Virus record (IMG/VR): IMGVR_UViG_3300027374_000478
Span: 1 to 64,000 of that record
Source of the DNA: a virus
Lineage: Duplodnaviria; Caudoviricetes
Length of the DNA stretch: 64,000 bases
Reading direction: 5' to 3' (one strand)
Below the pieces are notes generated by a model, which was not told the DNA's origin, searched no databases, and saw nothing but the letters and a program-made list of their open reading frames with translations. The translations under genes and the position numbers were made by a program. Positions 10,590-21,040 of this stretch are shown piece by piece. Position 1 is the stretch's first letter; each line of letters starts with the position of its first letter.

Positions 10590-13500
10590 ACCACTGTTGA
10601 TATTCTTTGATTCTATTTGCTAGTTTCTCGTTTTTGATGGTGCTGATATCAATCTTACCTTCTCTAACTTTCTTGGTCAGAGATTTCCATGTTGACTTTT
10701 TATAACCATCATCTTTAGCTTTCTTGAGTGCTGTTTTATTTACTTTCGCAGCTTCCTGTTTATACCGTTTAAAACCCTTCTGTTGTATGGTGATTTCTTT
10801 GTTTACCTTGGAAAGCTCACTCTTGAGATTTTTGTTTCTGTCAGACCATGCTTTGTATGCACTGCTTGCTTTTAAGTCTAAGCTGTCTATTGCGCGTTCG
10901 ACACGATTGATTGCTACCTCAATCCAATCAAAAGCTTCTTTTGCTTTCTTAGCATCTTTTGTGGCTTGTTTAGATTTTTTGTTTGAAGTATTTTTACTTT
11001 TTGGAGTTGTTTTCTTTGTGGTCTTCTTCTTAGTAGTAGATGAACTCGCAAAAAGTTTGCGTCCACCATTCCTCGATGCATAAGCTGTACCCTCTAAATG
11101 GGCTGTGCCGCTTAATCTTGCTGCACCTCTGGATGGAGTAAAACCGTTCTTAAGTAATTCTTTGGTCTGCTTTGCGTTAAAAACTACAGATCCAGCAGGA
11201 ATATGAGAGAACTCAGCTCCGTTATCACCCACTGTCCACCAGCGATTGCCATACACTACCATTTCTTGACCCAATTCACCTGTTAAAGCATCTTCGCTTT
11301 TTTTGGTTTTCCAATTTGGATTTAACCACGTTTCGTCATCAAGTGTTCCATGTGCAAGAGCGCGTCTGGACAATTTGGGAATTGGATATAATCCGCCCGT
11401 CTTTTTTGATACTTCTTTTTGGCTAAGTGGGAGAGTAGTAGAGGTTTTATCTTTAACTGTTCCTTCTTTGTGAGCGGTTCCGTTTAATTGAGCTGTTGTC
11501 TTTACAAAACTCTTACTACCACCAAACGTTTTTAATGCATTTTTGACTTTATTAACTGCATTTGATACTGTATCTGAAACAGTCGCACTAATAGTTATCT
11601 TCTTGTCTTTTACTCCTGCTAATGCGTTCTTAGCTGACGTAGCTTTTGGAGTAACACCATCAGTAGCAGTCATATTTGTTTTGGTCTTCTTGGGAACCTT
11701 CTTTGTCTCTTTAACTACTTTTTTAGCAAGCCCAGACACATCATCAGAAGCTAAAAATTTTGTGATCTTTTCTTTTGGTATTCCTGTTATCTGTGATAAA
11801 ACAGTAGCTAATACACCAGAAGCACCGTCACTGGCATTGATTTCAGTAATTTTTTCTTCTGGTATTCCGCTGATTTCAGAAAGTACCTTGATTGTTGCGT
11901 CACTGGCTTTGTCTTCAGCTAATAGTTCAGTTATGATTTCTTTCGGGATTCCGGTAGAAATGGAAATCATACTTTCGAGTGCTGATGTAGCTTCATCATT
12001 AACCTTTGCGTTGATTTCTATATCTTTTGGGTCGATATCCAATATGTCTGCTATATCTTCTTTTGCCAATCCAGTAGATTCTTTAATAGCCTCAAATGCT
12101 TTGTCGGCTTCTTTTGACTTTAAGAAACTATCCCAGTCAACGGCCTTATTATCAGAGTAAGCATCCTGGAAAGCGTTTTGCAAGTCATAAATAGCAGATA
12201 TCTGGTCTTGAATTTTCGCACGGGCATTTTCATCTTTAACATCGCCAAATTTTGATTGTAAATCCTTAACCTTCTGAGACGCATTGGCATATCCTTTGCT
12301 TATAGACTCATCGTATCCCGTTTCCTTTTCACGTTTGTCCCTATATTCAGATTTCTTAGCGTTCAGAGCTGCTTTTTGTGTATTGTCTCCTTCGCTTGCC
12401 AATCTCTGCAACTGGTCTATCTCTGACTGAATTTGAGCCATACTGTATTCAAACTCGATATGAACAATCTGGTCTTCTGAAAGAGAAGATAAATCATCCT
12501 GGTACTTAGCGTACTCTTCATCCCAATTATTGATAAGTCCGTCAAGACGTTCCTTTCCAGCTCCCTCGCCCATGGAATCACGGAGAGATTTGATATTATT
12601 CAGGGTATTCTCATACCTTGTAATACTTTCTCCACTAAATGTCACATCATCCCACTCAAATCCATAGGATTCAAGATTGCGCAACAATGTTTCCGTAGCT
12701 TCAAGACTCATCTTCATTTTTTCTGCTGCTTCAGCAGTATTGTCGAACGTTCCCGTAAGCCCAGTTTCGTCTTCCTTTAACAGTCCTTTATCAATCAATG
12801 CATTCTGGAAGTTTGCAGCACTTCTTTTTGGATTTTCAGCATCAAAGAATTTCTTATATAGCTTTTCTGCGTCTTTGTATTTCTTTTCATAGACATCAGC
12901 AACATATTCAAGGTCGTCATTCTTTTTGAGTTCCTTTTTTACGCTGAATTTAGGGAGTACCCATTCAATAGACTTCTGTAGGTCGTCGGTTCCCCATTTA
13001 TCCTGTTTTGCAAGCTCTCTAGCCTGTGTAGCGTAATCGGCAAATTTTTTCCAGTCAGCATCTTTGTTTTCAGATTTAAAAGCTTCATCTACGTCTGACA
13101 GGGTAGTACCAAGTATACTAGCTTTTTCTTTTGCTTGTTCTGCTGAGTTTGCAACATTCTGGAAGTATTTGATGAAATTATCTTGTGACACTCCGATATC
13201 ATCAAGAGAAAGTCCCAGTTCTTTGAACTTACGGAGCGCATCTTCTGCATTTCCACTTTCGGCAACGATGTTGTTAAGATAATCTCCGATGGCATTTCCA
13301 GCAGTGGAAGAGAAGAAGGAGTCTAAGGATTTGAGTTCTTTTTCGGCGGGAAGCAACCCCATATTCCCGATTGCGTCATATGCAGATTTTACTTCGTTAA
13401 ATTCATCTTCAAATCCTTTTAACGCATCTAATCCTTCGCCATTTACAGAAACCGCTGACAATAATTTATCCAGGTCAACTTCTTTGCTATCTAAATCTTC

Positions 13501-14286
13501 TGTTAGTTTTTCGATTGCCGTATTATAGCTTTCAATATCTTTTTCTGACTGTTTCCATTCTTTTGATTTTGGATCAAGTTCAGACATAGATTTTTCTAAG
13601 TTGGAAATTTTATTTTCGTAATCTTCAATAGCAGCAATATTTTCTTTGACAGCAGTAGCAACATTAACATTACTGACCGTTCCCTGATAAGTCTTTTTGC
13701 CACCAGGAACTTGCTGTGCCACTTGTTGTGCTACAGATTGTTTCCCTCTATTTAATGCGTCTTTTGCATTGTAAGCAGCATCCTTTTGTTGAGATAAAGA
13801 TAATCTTTCTTTTATAGAAAGCTGAGATTCAAGTTTGCTGTTTGTTTCGGAAATTTTGTCAATTTCAACCTGATCTATTAATTGGATTTTTCCACTTTCG
13901 TTTAATTTTCCAATTTTCTCATCAATAGAGTCAATGCCACTTAAATCTACATTATATTTTTCTCCCAAAGATGAGAGGGTAGATTTGTATTCTTCTGCTT
14001 GAGATTTTAAGTTTTCTACCTCAGATTTTGTGCTATTTAGTCCATCTAAATGCTCTGATGTGTTTTTTATCGCAGAATCATAGGACAAGTTATACGCATC
14101 GGACAGTGCTTGTATTGCTTTGTACATTGCATAGGTTGTTCCAATGGTCGTTATTGCTTGACCTTTGAATGTGGACATAAAAGAACCTATACTTTTCCCA
14201 AGAGCATTAAAAGTTAATGATAGTGCGCTTTTGGTTCCTAATCCACTCTGAAAAATTGTAAATAGTTCAAATACTCTTTTAAACTG
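10590..14286 (-). CDS. Tape measure protein, exon 2
   Basis: ORF 10588..14178 stays open 36 codons upstream to CAG at 14286 (QFKRVFELF...); helical TMP repeats, ALTGELGQEMV and FDWIEV motifs. Confidence 0.88.
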
Positions 14287-14317
14287 CTATGAAGTAATGA
14301 TTATTTTTAAAAATTTG

Positions 14318-14346
14318 TTGGATAAATCTAAAAATAATGTTACAAT
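14318..14346 (+). promoter_or_regulatory. Putative sigma-A promoter of zinc-ribbon cargo gene
   Basis: TTGGAT-17-TACAAT with TG extension. Confidence 0.55.
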
Positions 14347-14363
14347 AAATCAGAGGTGATTTT

Positions 14364-14744
14364 ATGAATAGGTGTCCAAAATGTAATAAACAATTTTCTG
14401 TGGAAGTGAAGTTTTGCCCAATTTGCGGATACGAAAGTAATAATCAACAAAACGATACAGAATTTTATATTTGTCCTCAATGTCATATTGAGTATTCATA
14501 TAAAATAGACCACTGTACTAATTGTGGATATTGCACATCAAACTATAAAAATAAAATAAGAGATATTAATAATGAAAGCTTAAAGAAAGCAACAATTAAT
14601 ATTCCCATGTGTCCTACTTGTCAATCAACTAATATTCGAAAAATATCAGGAACTAAAAAGGTGACATCGATTATTGGGTTTGGAATATTGAGCGATAATA
14701 TTGGGAAAACTTTCGAGTGCTTAAATTGTAAATATAAGTGGTAA
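14364..14744 (+). CDS. Multi zinc-ribbon protein (intron cargo)
   Basis: Six CxxC pairs; C-terminal CPTCQSTNIRKIS...FECLNCKYKW. Confidence 0.75.
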   Translation: MNRCPKCNKQFSVEVKFCPICGYESNNQQNDTEFYICPQCHIEYSYKIDHCTNCGYCTSNYKNKIRDINNESLKKATINIPMCPTCQSTNIRKISGTKKVTSIIGFGILSDNIGKTFECLNCKYKW

Positions 14745-15094
14745 GATGAAATAAATCATGTTAAATAATGAAAACCAAACAAAGATCAAAAGGCTTTTGT
14801 TAAAAATAATTAAATTACCACAAATTATACATTCTTTCTTTACGAATGATGATTCTAAATCATACGTGATAATACGCAATTGTTATATTACTTTTTGTGA
14901 TTTTCATGTTAAAAGATAAAAGATGTTTTATTTATAAACTCGCATGATTTAGAATGTTTGGTAATAAATGATGTATTAGAATATAAAGTGAAATTATAGA
15001 AAACATATTCTGAATCCACAATCATCACTAATATTGTTGGATTATATGATAAAATGTGGTATTATAAGGAAAATATATATGTAGGTGAAGAGTA

Positions 15095-15649
15095 ATGGCA
15101 TTAGTAATTTGTCCAGAATGTAATAAACAAATGAGTCAATATGCAAAAAGCTGCCTTAACTGTGGATTTCCGATTCAAAAATTTATGAATGATAATAATA
15201 TGAATGATGAAACTAAAGCTTTTGTATGTCCAAAATGTGCAGATACTTATAAAATTAAAGGTGTTATATTTTTAAAGTGTGAATTTTGTAATACAACATT
15301 AGTCCAAACAGACATGAGTATCAAAGAGTTATTTCGATTTTCATGTAATAGTACAGATGAAGAATTTGAGTCTAAAGCAATTGAGTTAGCTAAAAAGTAC
15401 GGAGACAATCAATTTGATGAAAATGCTTATAATGAAACCAAACTTAAAAAGAAACAGCGTAATCTGAGCATGAGTTCATCGAATATAAATCAATCTCAAC
15501 AAGAAAATACACCCAAATGTCCTCTATGTGGATCGACTGCAATTACGGATGGTCAAAGAGGATATGCTTTGCTCACAGGATTCTTAGGAAGTAATAAAAC
15601 AGTAAATAGGTGTATTAACTGTGGATATAGTTGGAAACCTGGAAAATAA
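15095..15649 (+). CDS. Multi zinc-ribbon protein (intron cargo)
   Basis: MALVICPEC... and CPLCGS...CINCGYSW; promoter TTGGAT-17-TATTAT at 15037-15065. Confidence 0.75.
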   Translation: MALVICPECNKQMSQYAKSCLNCGFPIQKFMNDNNMNDETKAFVCPKCADTYKIKGVIFLKCEFCNTTLVQTDMSIKELFRFSCNSTDEEFESKAIELAKKYGDNQFDENAYNETKLKKKQRNLSMSSSNINQSQQENTPKCPLCGSTAITDGQRGYALLTGFLGSNKTVNRCINCGYSWKPGK

Positions 15650-15879
15650 AGTATCATGTCTTATCACAATAAAAAAATAATGATGTTTTACCATTAATGT
15701 GTATAATTTAACTTTGATGTTAATGGAAATATGTTGACCATTAACTATTTATGATTTGTTGGATATTCATTTATGCTTGATAATTTTCAAAATAAACATA
15801 TGTTTAATCTTAACAAATTGATGTGCATGTGATAGAATAATTTTATTATGTAACAATTACAAAAGATGGAGTATATAAT

Positions 15880-16338
15880 ATGTCAGATGCACAAAGCTAT
15901 ATTCAGTGGCTTAATAAAAAATTAAAATTAAATAATTATTCAGTTCAGAATAATGCCCAATTAATGAATTGGAAAATAAATAGAGGACAAATTTACACAT
16001 GCTTTCTTGGCGAAAATATTGGATTTGAAAAAAGTAGGATGGCAGCAAGACCATGTGTAATTATATCAACACAACGTATTAATCATGAAAGTGGTAATGT
16101 GATTGTAATTCCACTTTCAAAAAATATAAAATATGTACGTAGTACAAATAAATTAAAATATCCTTATCACTTTGTTTTAAAAAGATCCAAATATCCTAAA
16201 CTTCAATTTGATTCTGTCGTACAATGTGAAGATATACGTTGCGTGTCTAAAGCCAGGTTGTCGAAATATATTTGCAATGTCAAACCCGATGACATGAAAG
16301 ACATTAGGAAGAGATTGAAAAATGCTTTACAAATATGA
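15880..16338 (+). CDS. MazF/PemK-family endoribonuclease toxin, no adjacent protein antitoxin (intron cargo)
   Basis: RGQIY..LGENIGFE...RPCVIIS...VIVIPLS...DSVVQCEDIRCVSKARL. Confidence 0.88.
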   Translation: MSDAQSYIQWLNKKLKLNNYSVQNNAQLMNWKINRGQIYTCFLGENIGFEKSRMAARPCVIISTQRINHESGNVIVIPLSKNIKYVRSTNKLKYPYHFVLKRSKYPKLQFDSVVQCEDIRCVSKARLSKYICNVKPDDMKDIRKRLKNALQI

Positions 16339-16360
16339 CATATTATGGTATGATTAAAAC

Positions 16361-16546
16361 GTATAGAATATATTTGCTTACCTTATAGCCTACGAGATGC
16401 GTATTTATAATTTCCACTCTTATACATATAATTCTCGTGCGTTATTTGTTCGTAGGCCATTCGTTTAAAATTGTTTGAGAGTCCAAGTGATTCTCGCCGA
16501 AGTGATTATATGAAGAAAGGTAGGTTTAAGCCTATCTTTTTTCATA
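16361..16546 (+). ncRNA. Candidate sRNA downstream of mazF/pemK
   Basis: Own promoter TTTACA-17-TATGAT (16326-16354); stems GCCUACGA/UCGUAGGC and GAGAGUC/GAUUCUC; ends in hairpin 16508-16546. Confidence 0.55.
16508..16546. terminator. Probable bidirectional intrinsic terminator
   Basis: ATATGAAGAAAGGTAGGT-TTAA-GCCTATCTTTTTTCATAT between convergent genes. Confidence 0.7.
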
Positions 16547-16654
16547 TTCATACATAGCGGATGGACTGCGAAGCTTGTAATATAGAAGGTATATCATTAA
16601 ATAAGACTTACTGGTTATAGCATTTAGCTCTGCAATAACAGCAAAAATCAGAGC

Positions 16655-17947
16655 CTAGAATTGGCCCTGATCCTCAATTTCTTTACACAATTTTTCATAA
16701 TCATCATCGCCACTTAAAATATCTTCGGCAGTAAGCAATGTATCATACGCATGAGTAATTCCCTCTTCTTCATCATTTTCAAGATAATCCCTAGCTTCTT
16801 CCAATATTTCTGATTTATATTTTGAATATGCATTTGAATAATCAGTTTTAAATTCCTTTTTGTAAGAAGATTCATTTAAGTAATCGATGATATCTCTCCA
16901 TGCTTCCTTCTCTTCGAAATCTGAAATCTTATCAGATACAATGGTTTTATCTATTTTTTTAGATTGTTCGTCTATTTTATCATCATTACCGATTTTCTTT
17001 TTTAGCTCTGATAAAACTTTTTTAGCGGAATCATATTCCCTATCTTCCAAATAATCATTACTATCTGAAATTGCGTTGTTTATCATTTCGCTTTTTGCAT
17101 TTTTTAAAGTTGAAATATTGTCATTTTTCAAAGTTTCTTTTAACGAATTTATGTATTTATACAGTCCGTACCAATCTTCTTTATCCTTGTAAACAGATAT
17201 TTTATAAGAAACTTCTTTTTCATCTATATTTCTTGATTGTTCTGATATTTTTTTATCTTTCCCAACCAACTTTTTTGCTGAACTTAAAATTTTTCTTGCG
17301 CCATCGTACTCATGGCTCTCAATTTTTTGATTTGAATCTGATACCATATCAGACAAATAAGTATCTTTCGCCTGTGAATATATTTCCGATACTGTTTTAT
17401 CATTACCAAATACATCTTCATTAGAGTTAATATAGGCAATAACATCTTTTGGATCAGTTGTTTCAGTTAAAGAATATAATTCTTCACGTGCAGACACATA
17501 TGCTTGTTTATCCAAAAGCGTTTCGTTTTCAGGTAATTCTTTAAGTCCTTCCCTAATTAAACTCCTGGCTTTATTATAATTATTATTTTCAACTTCACTA
17601 TCTGTTTCAGTTACGATGTAAGACAAATATTGTTTTTTTGCAGATTCCAATAATTGCTCTTTATCGTCAACAACTCTGGAATCATCACTAATGCTCTCAT
17701 AATAACCTATAGCACTTAAATATTTACCTTCATTAATTGCATCATCCCCATTAGATTTTGCTTCTAAATCAGCATTATCTCGTTTTTCTTCTTCTGTAAG
17801 ATGTCTTTGAGATTCATATTTTTTTGGAAAAAAATCTAAATGTTCAATATTTACCGCAGTAAAACTGCCAAAGGCTATTAAACTGCCTATTAAAGTGATA
17901 GCAATTAAACCAGATAAAGGAAAGTTATTTTTGTTGTTATCGTTCAT
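16655..17947 (-). CDS. Membrane-anchored helical-repeat protein (intron cargo)
   Basis: N-terminal TM segment, repeated YDxAxKxL helical units, GGAGG RBS. Confidence 0.65.
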   Translation of the reverse strand: MNDNNKNNFPLSGLIAITLIGSLIAFGSFTAVNIEHLDFFPKKYESQRHLTEEEKRDNADLEAKSNGDDAINEGKYLSAIGYYESISDDSRVVDDKEQLLESAKKQYLSYIVTETDSEVENNNYNKARSLIREGLKELPENETLLDKQAYVSAREELYSLTETTDPKDVIAYINSNEDVFGNDKTVSEIYSQAKDTYLSDMVSDSNQKIESHEYDGARKILSSAKKLVGKDKKISEQSRNIDEKEVSYKISVYKDKEDWYGLYKYINSLKETLKNDNISTLKNAKSEMINNAISDSNDYLEDREYDSAKKVLSELKKKIGNDDKIDEQSKKIDKTIVSDKISDFEEKEAWRDIIDYLNESSYKKEFKTDYSNAYSKYKSEILEEARDYLENDEEEGITHAYDTLLTAEDILSGDDDYEKLCKEIEDQGQF

Positions 17948-18482
17948 AATTGCACCTCCTAGAAATATTTTTATATATTATAAACGTTTCTAGCCTAAAT
18001 GCAAGTATTAATCGAAAATTATTTGGACAAAAATAAAAAATATTTCTTGATATCATAACAGGTATATTTTACATCATATCTGGTCAGTTTATTGTATTTT
18101 TTATCTCTATTAAAAAATTATAATTTTATATCAAAACAATTCATTTCAAACAATAATCTTCTTTTTTCTTTTAAATCTACGTCTGCGTAATTCTAAGCTA
18201 TACCCGCCCCTCATTGAATACTCACCAATACTATCTTGTAGATTCTTGTCATCCGGCACACTCAAATCCCTTGCAGCAAACGTATCTATAGTGCGTTTCT
18301 TGATAATTCTATGCCCATTAGATTTTTTACTCCTTTAATACAAATTATTTCATCCCTACCCATTTCTTGACTCTATCCACCAATTTCTTATTCACAGACT
18401 GGTAGGTGATTTCGATTCTATCAAAATTTCAAACAAATGTTTAGACTATTATTATATTCCAAGAAGTGATAAAATTAATTTC

Positions 18483-18570
18483 GTAAGAAGTCGCATTGTG
18501 CAACTGCGACTGTTGCACTCTTACATAGTAACTATTAATTGTAGCCGTACAAAATGTAAGAAGGTACGGT
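18483..18570 (+). ncRNA. Structured leader with two pseudoknots / alternative pairings
   Basis: AGUCGCA/UGCGACU with loop GUGCAAC/GUUGCAC; UCUUACAU/AUGUAAGA with CCGUAC/GUACGG. Confidence 0.55.
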
Positions 18571-18661
18571 GAATCACCTCTTGGAAAATCAAAAACTTCA
18601 TAGTGGATTTCCCACAGTATTTTCCAAATTATTTTATTCTCTTACAGAAGGGAGGAAGACT

Positions 18662-18811
18662 GTGGATAAAGTCTTTGACATCTTTATGGCTCTTATTGGA
18701 CAAGTTCCTTGGTTTGTGTCAGGATATATCGTGTACAAGGTATATTCTAATAAACCAAAACACACATCCATAAGTATATCAGATAAGCTAACCATTGTAT
18801 CTGAAAGATAA
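18662..18811 (+). CDS. Small hydrophobic peptide (49 aa), type I toxin-like candidate
   Basis: GGGAGG RBS then GTG at 18662; hydrophobic stretch followed by basic residues. Confidence 0.5.
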   Translation: MDKVFDIFMALIGQVPWFVSGYIVYKVYSNKPKHTSISISDKLTIVSER

Positions 18812-18935
18812 TCAACACCATCTTTTGCCATTTGCTTGATTCATCAGGAGAGTAGGAGAGTAATCACCCAAACAAATACCCATGTCACACAACGGCATGG
18901 GTATTATCATCCATATTCAATTTTATACTATTCAT

Positions 18936-19109
18936 CTACGCATCCAGAACCATACACTGATACTTACCTTTATCAGAATAAATCTCTTTCAATTCCCTCA
19001 GAGTTTCCGCATTATTCCCATATACCTCATCATGGATTTGAGCATATAATCCTGATTTGTCGATGATTAAAAATCTCCATGTATCTTTCTTAAATGTTAC
19101 CTGTCCCAT
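18936..19109 (-). CDS. Small hypothetical protein (intron cargo)
   Basis: GGAGGG RBS before ATG at 19109 (MGQVTFKK...). Confidence 0.45.
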   Translation of the reverse strand: MGQVTFKKDTWRFLIIDKSGLYAQIHDEVYGNNAETLRELKEIYSDKGKYQCMVLDA

Positions 19110-19211
19110 AATGTACACCCTCCTGGATATCTTTAATGTTCTTTGATAAGGTAATGATATCATAATGGGTGTGTAAAAGTTTGGACAGTTGATTTTTAAT
19201 TACATATTATA

Positions 19212-19937
19212 TTAATAGCACACTTTACACGGACGCGATTTTGGGCAACTTGATTTTGAGCCTTTATAAATTGTACGTGAACGGCTCAATGTAGGACAAT
19301 TCTTTGTGCTATGATATACTTCACCACTAGGAACCCAATAAACAGTTTTCCCTACTTTATTACTACTTGATTTCTTTTTAGCCGAAACTTTAACAGTACA
19401 AGTTGCTTTTTTACCAGATTTCAGCAGGACTGTTATCTTGGCAGTACCTTTTTTCTTAGCCTTAATTTTGCCATTAGCTGTGACGGTTGCCACTTTTTTA
19501 TTATTGGACTTATATTTCTTAACGGAATCCCCTTTTGCGTATGATGTCTTTAATTTATAGGTTTTAGATACAGCTAATTTAATTGTTTTTTTAGATAATT
19601 TTATGTATGGTTTTAATTTAGGAACAACACTTGTTTGTGTAGCTCCACACATCCAGCATTCCCGCTCTTTTAATCCTGTAGCATTAATTGTTGCAGATTT
19701 TGTCTGTTCCCATAAATCCCAATTATGTTTGCCAGTGGCAGAAATCTTCTGTTCCTCTTCTTTATTACATAAGTAACAATATCTATATTCGCTGCCATCA
19801 GTTCCGCAATCAGATTCTCTATATACAATCCAATCACTCCAATTATGATTACAAACATCTTCTGCAAATACTTGCAGAGGGAAAAGTGTTGCCATAATCA
19901 TCACAATTAACAGGTTACATAATTTTTTCTTCATCAC
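19212..19937 (-). CDS. Secreted protein with Cys/His repeats, bacterial Ig-like (Big_2) domain and C-terminal Zn-binding motif (intron cargo)
   Basis: Signal peptide; YKSNNKKVATV..NGKIKAKKKGTAKITV; YHSTKNC...PCKVC. Confidence 0.75.
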   Translation of the reverse strand: MMKKKLCNLLIVMIMATLFPLQVFAEDVCNHNWSDWIVYRESDCGTDGSEYRYCYLCNKEEEQKISATGKHNWDLWEQTKSATINATGLKERECWMCGATQTSVVPKLKPYIKLSKKTIKLAVSKTYKLKTSYAKGDSVKKYKSNNKKVATVTANGKIKAKKKGTAKITVLLKSGKKATCTVKVSAKKKSSSNKVGKTVYWVPSGEVYHSTKNCPTLSRSRTIYKGSKSSCPKSRPCKVCY

Positions 19938-20099
19938 AACTCCTCCTTAGTAAACATGTTAAAAATATTATACCATAGTGTTGTGATTCGTTCTATAGAA
20001 ATTGATTATTTAGACATAATAAAAGGGCAGGAGAGTGGCGAATTTCTCTGATTGCTCTTTCTTCTTTTGTTTTCTCTGAACCATATATTTGATTTTTCT

Positions 20100-20273
20100 T
20101 TATAAAACTAGAAAACTGCCATACTTAATAGCATGACAGTTTTCTAGAACTCATGTGTAGATTCATGGTTACACCAATCATCTACTAAATCTCCTTTATC
20201 CTTTCGTATGTTTCAAGGTTACACCTTTACCAAACGAATATCATCACTTCAAGGTTACACCTTTATTGATGAT
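20100..20273 (-). ncRNA. DUF3800-associated sRNA with three repeated stem-loops
   Basis: Promoter TTGAAT-17-TATAAT (20280-20308); repeats at 20162, 20212, 20248; terminator 20108-20147. Confidence 0.65.
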
Positions 20274-20311
20274 AAAGAGATTATAACATATTCTTGCCAA
20301 TAATTCAACAT

Positions 20312-21040
20312 TTATAAAATATCTTTAAAACCGATTATTTTTTCAAGATCGTCTCTTGCATGATATAATTTTTGATAAAATATATCTCCAAGTCCAAAAA
20401 AGCCTTTATTAAACTTGATTTTTCGAATCAATAAAGACGGTGACATGTCTGAAATTTGAAGTCCAATACAGTTATCTTCCTTATATATGAATCCTAACGA
20501 AGATAAATGTTGTTGAATGATTGTTGAAGAATTATATAAAGATCCTCTTGTTATATAGTCATAGTAGGAATTTTGCAAATATGAATTTTCTTTTAAGGTT
20601 CTTGATTCTATACAAATTTGCCCAATTGCGTTTTTATTACGTAAAAAATGAACAATATTATCCAACAGAGAAATAAAAGCAATATCATAACTATTGTATG
20701 AAGTTTTTAAATACAATGAAGTCATGATTGATTGCTCAAAATATACACCTATGGATGTAAAATTAAGAGTTTTTAATATGTTTTCATATTCTATCCAAAA
20801 GCTTACACGTAATTCACTATCTTCTTGAAATATTTTAAATTTATTTTTACTTTTTTTCATATCAGTAAAATGAAAAATAATATCTGTAGACTGAAAATAT
20901 TTTCTTTTTAAAGTAACAATATCAGGTATTGCTTTTGTTACATATTCATCTTTTGAAATTATTATTCCTGACATGCAAAAATATGGATTTTGATTTTTTA
21001 CAGGTTTTGTTTCGTCAAGAAAAATTAAATATTCATCCAA
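20312..21040 (-). CDS. DUF3800-family protein (intron cargo)
   Basis: N-terminal IFLDET, FHFTDM, C-terminal GLQISD motif. Confidence 0.8.
   Translation of the reverse strand: MDEYLIFLDETKPVKNQNPYFCMSGIIISKDEYVTKAIPDIVTLKRKYFQSTDIIFHFTDMKKSKNKFKIFQEDSELRVSFWIEYENILKTLNFTSIGVYFEQSIMTSLYLKTSYNSYDIAFISLLDNIVHFLRNKNAIGQICIESRTLKENSYLQNSYYDYITRGSLYNSSTIIQQHLSSLGFIYKEDNCIGLQISDMSPSLLIRKIKFNKGFFGLGDIFYQKLYHARDDLEKIIGFKDIL

Noticed and set aside
14287-14289. Stop-codon reassignment (TAG/TGA read-through) explaining the split genes
   Set aside because: TAG and TGA end many normal genes here, no suppressor tRNA seen, and frames do not continue past the stops
17876-17886. Alternative 3' splice site for intron 1 (G^CAGUUUAAUA, 10-nt match to the IGS region) inside the 430-aa cargo gene
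   Set aside because: Splicing here hits a stop after 13 codons and I see no closing helices nearby; at most a cryptic site to control for in RT-PCR
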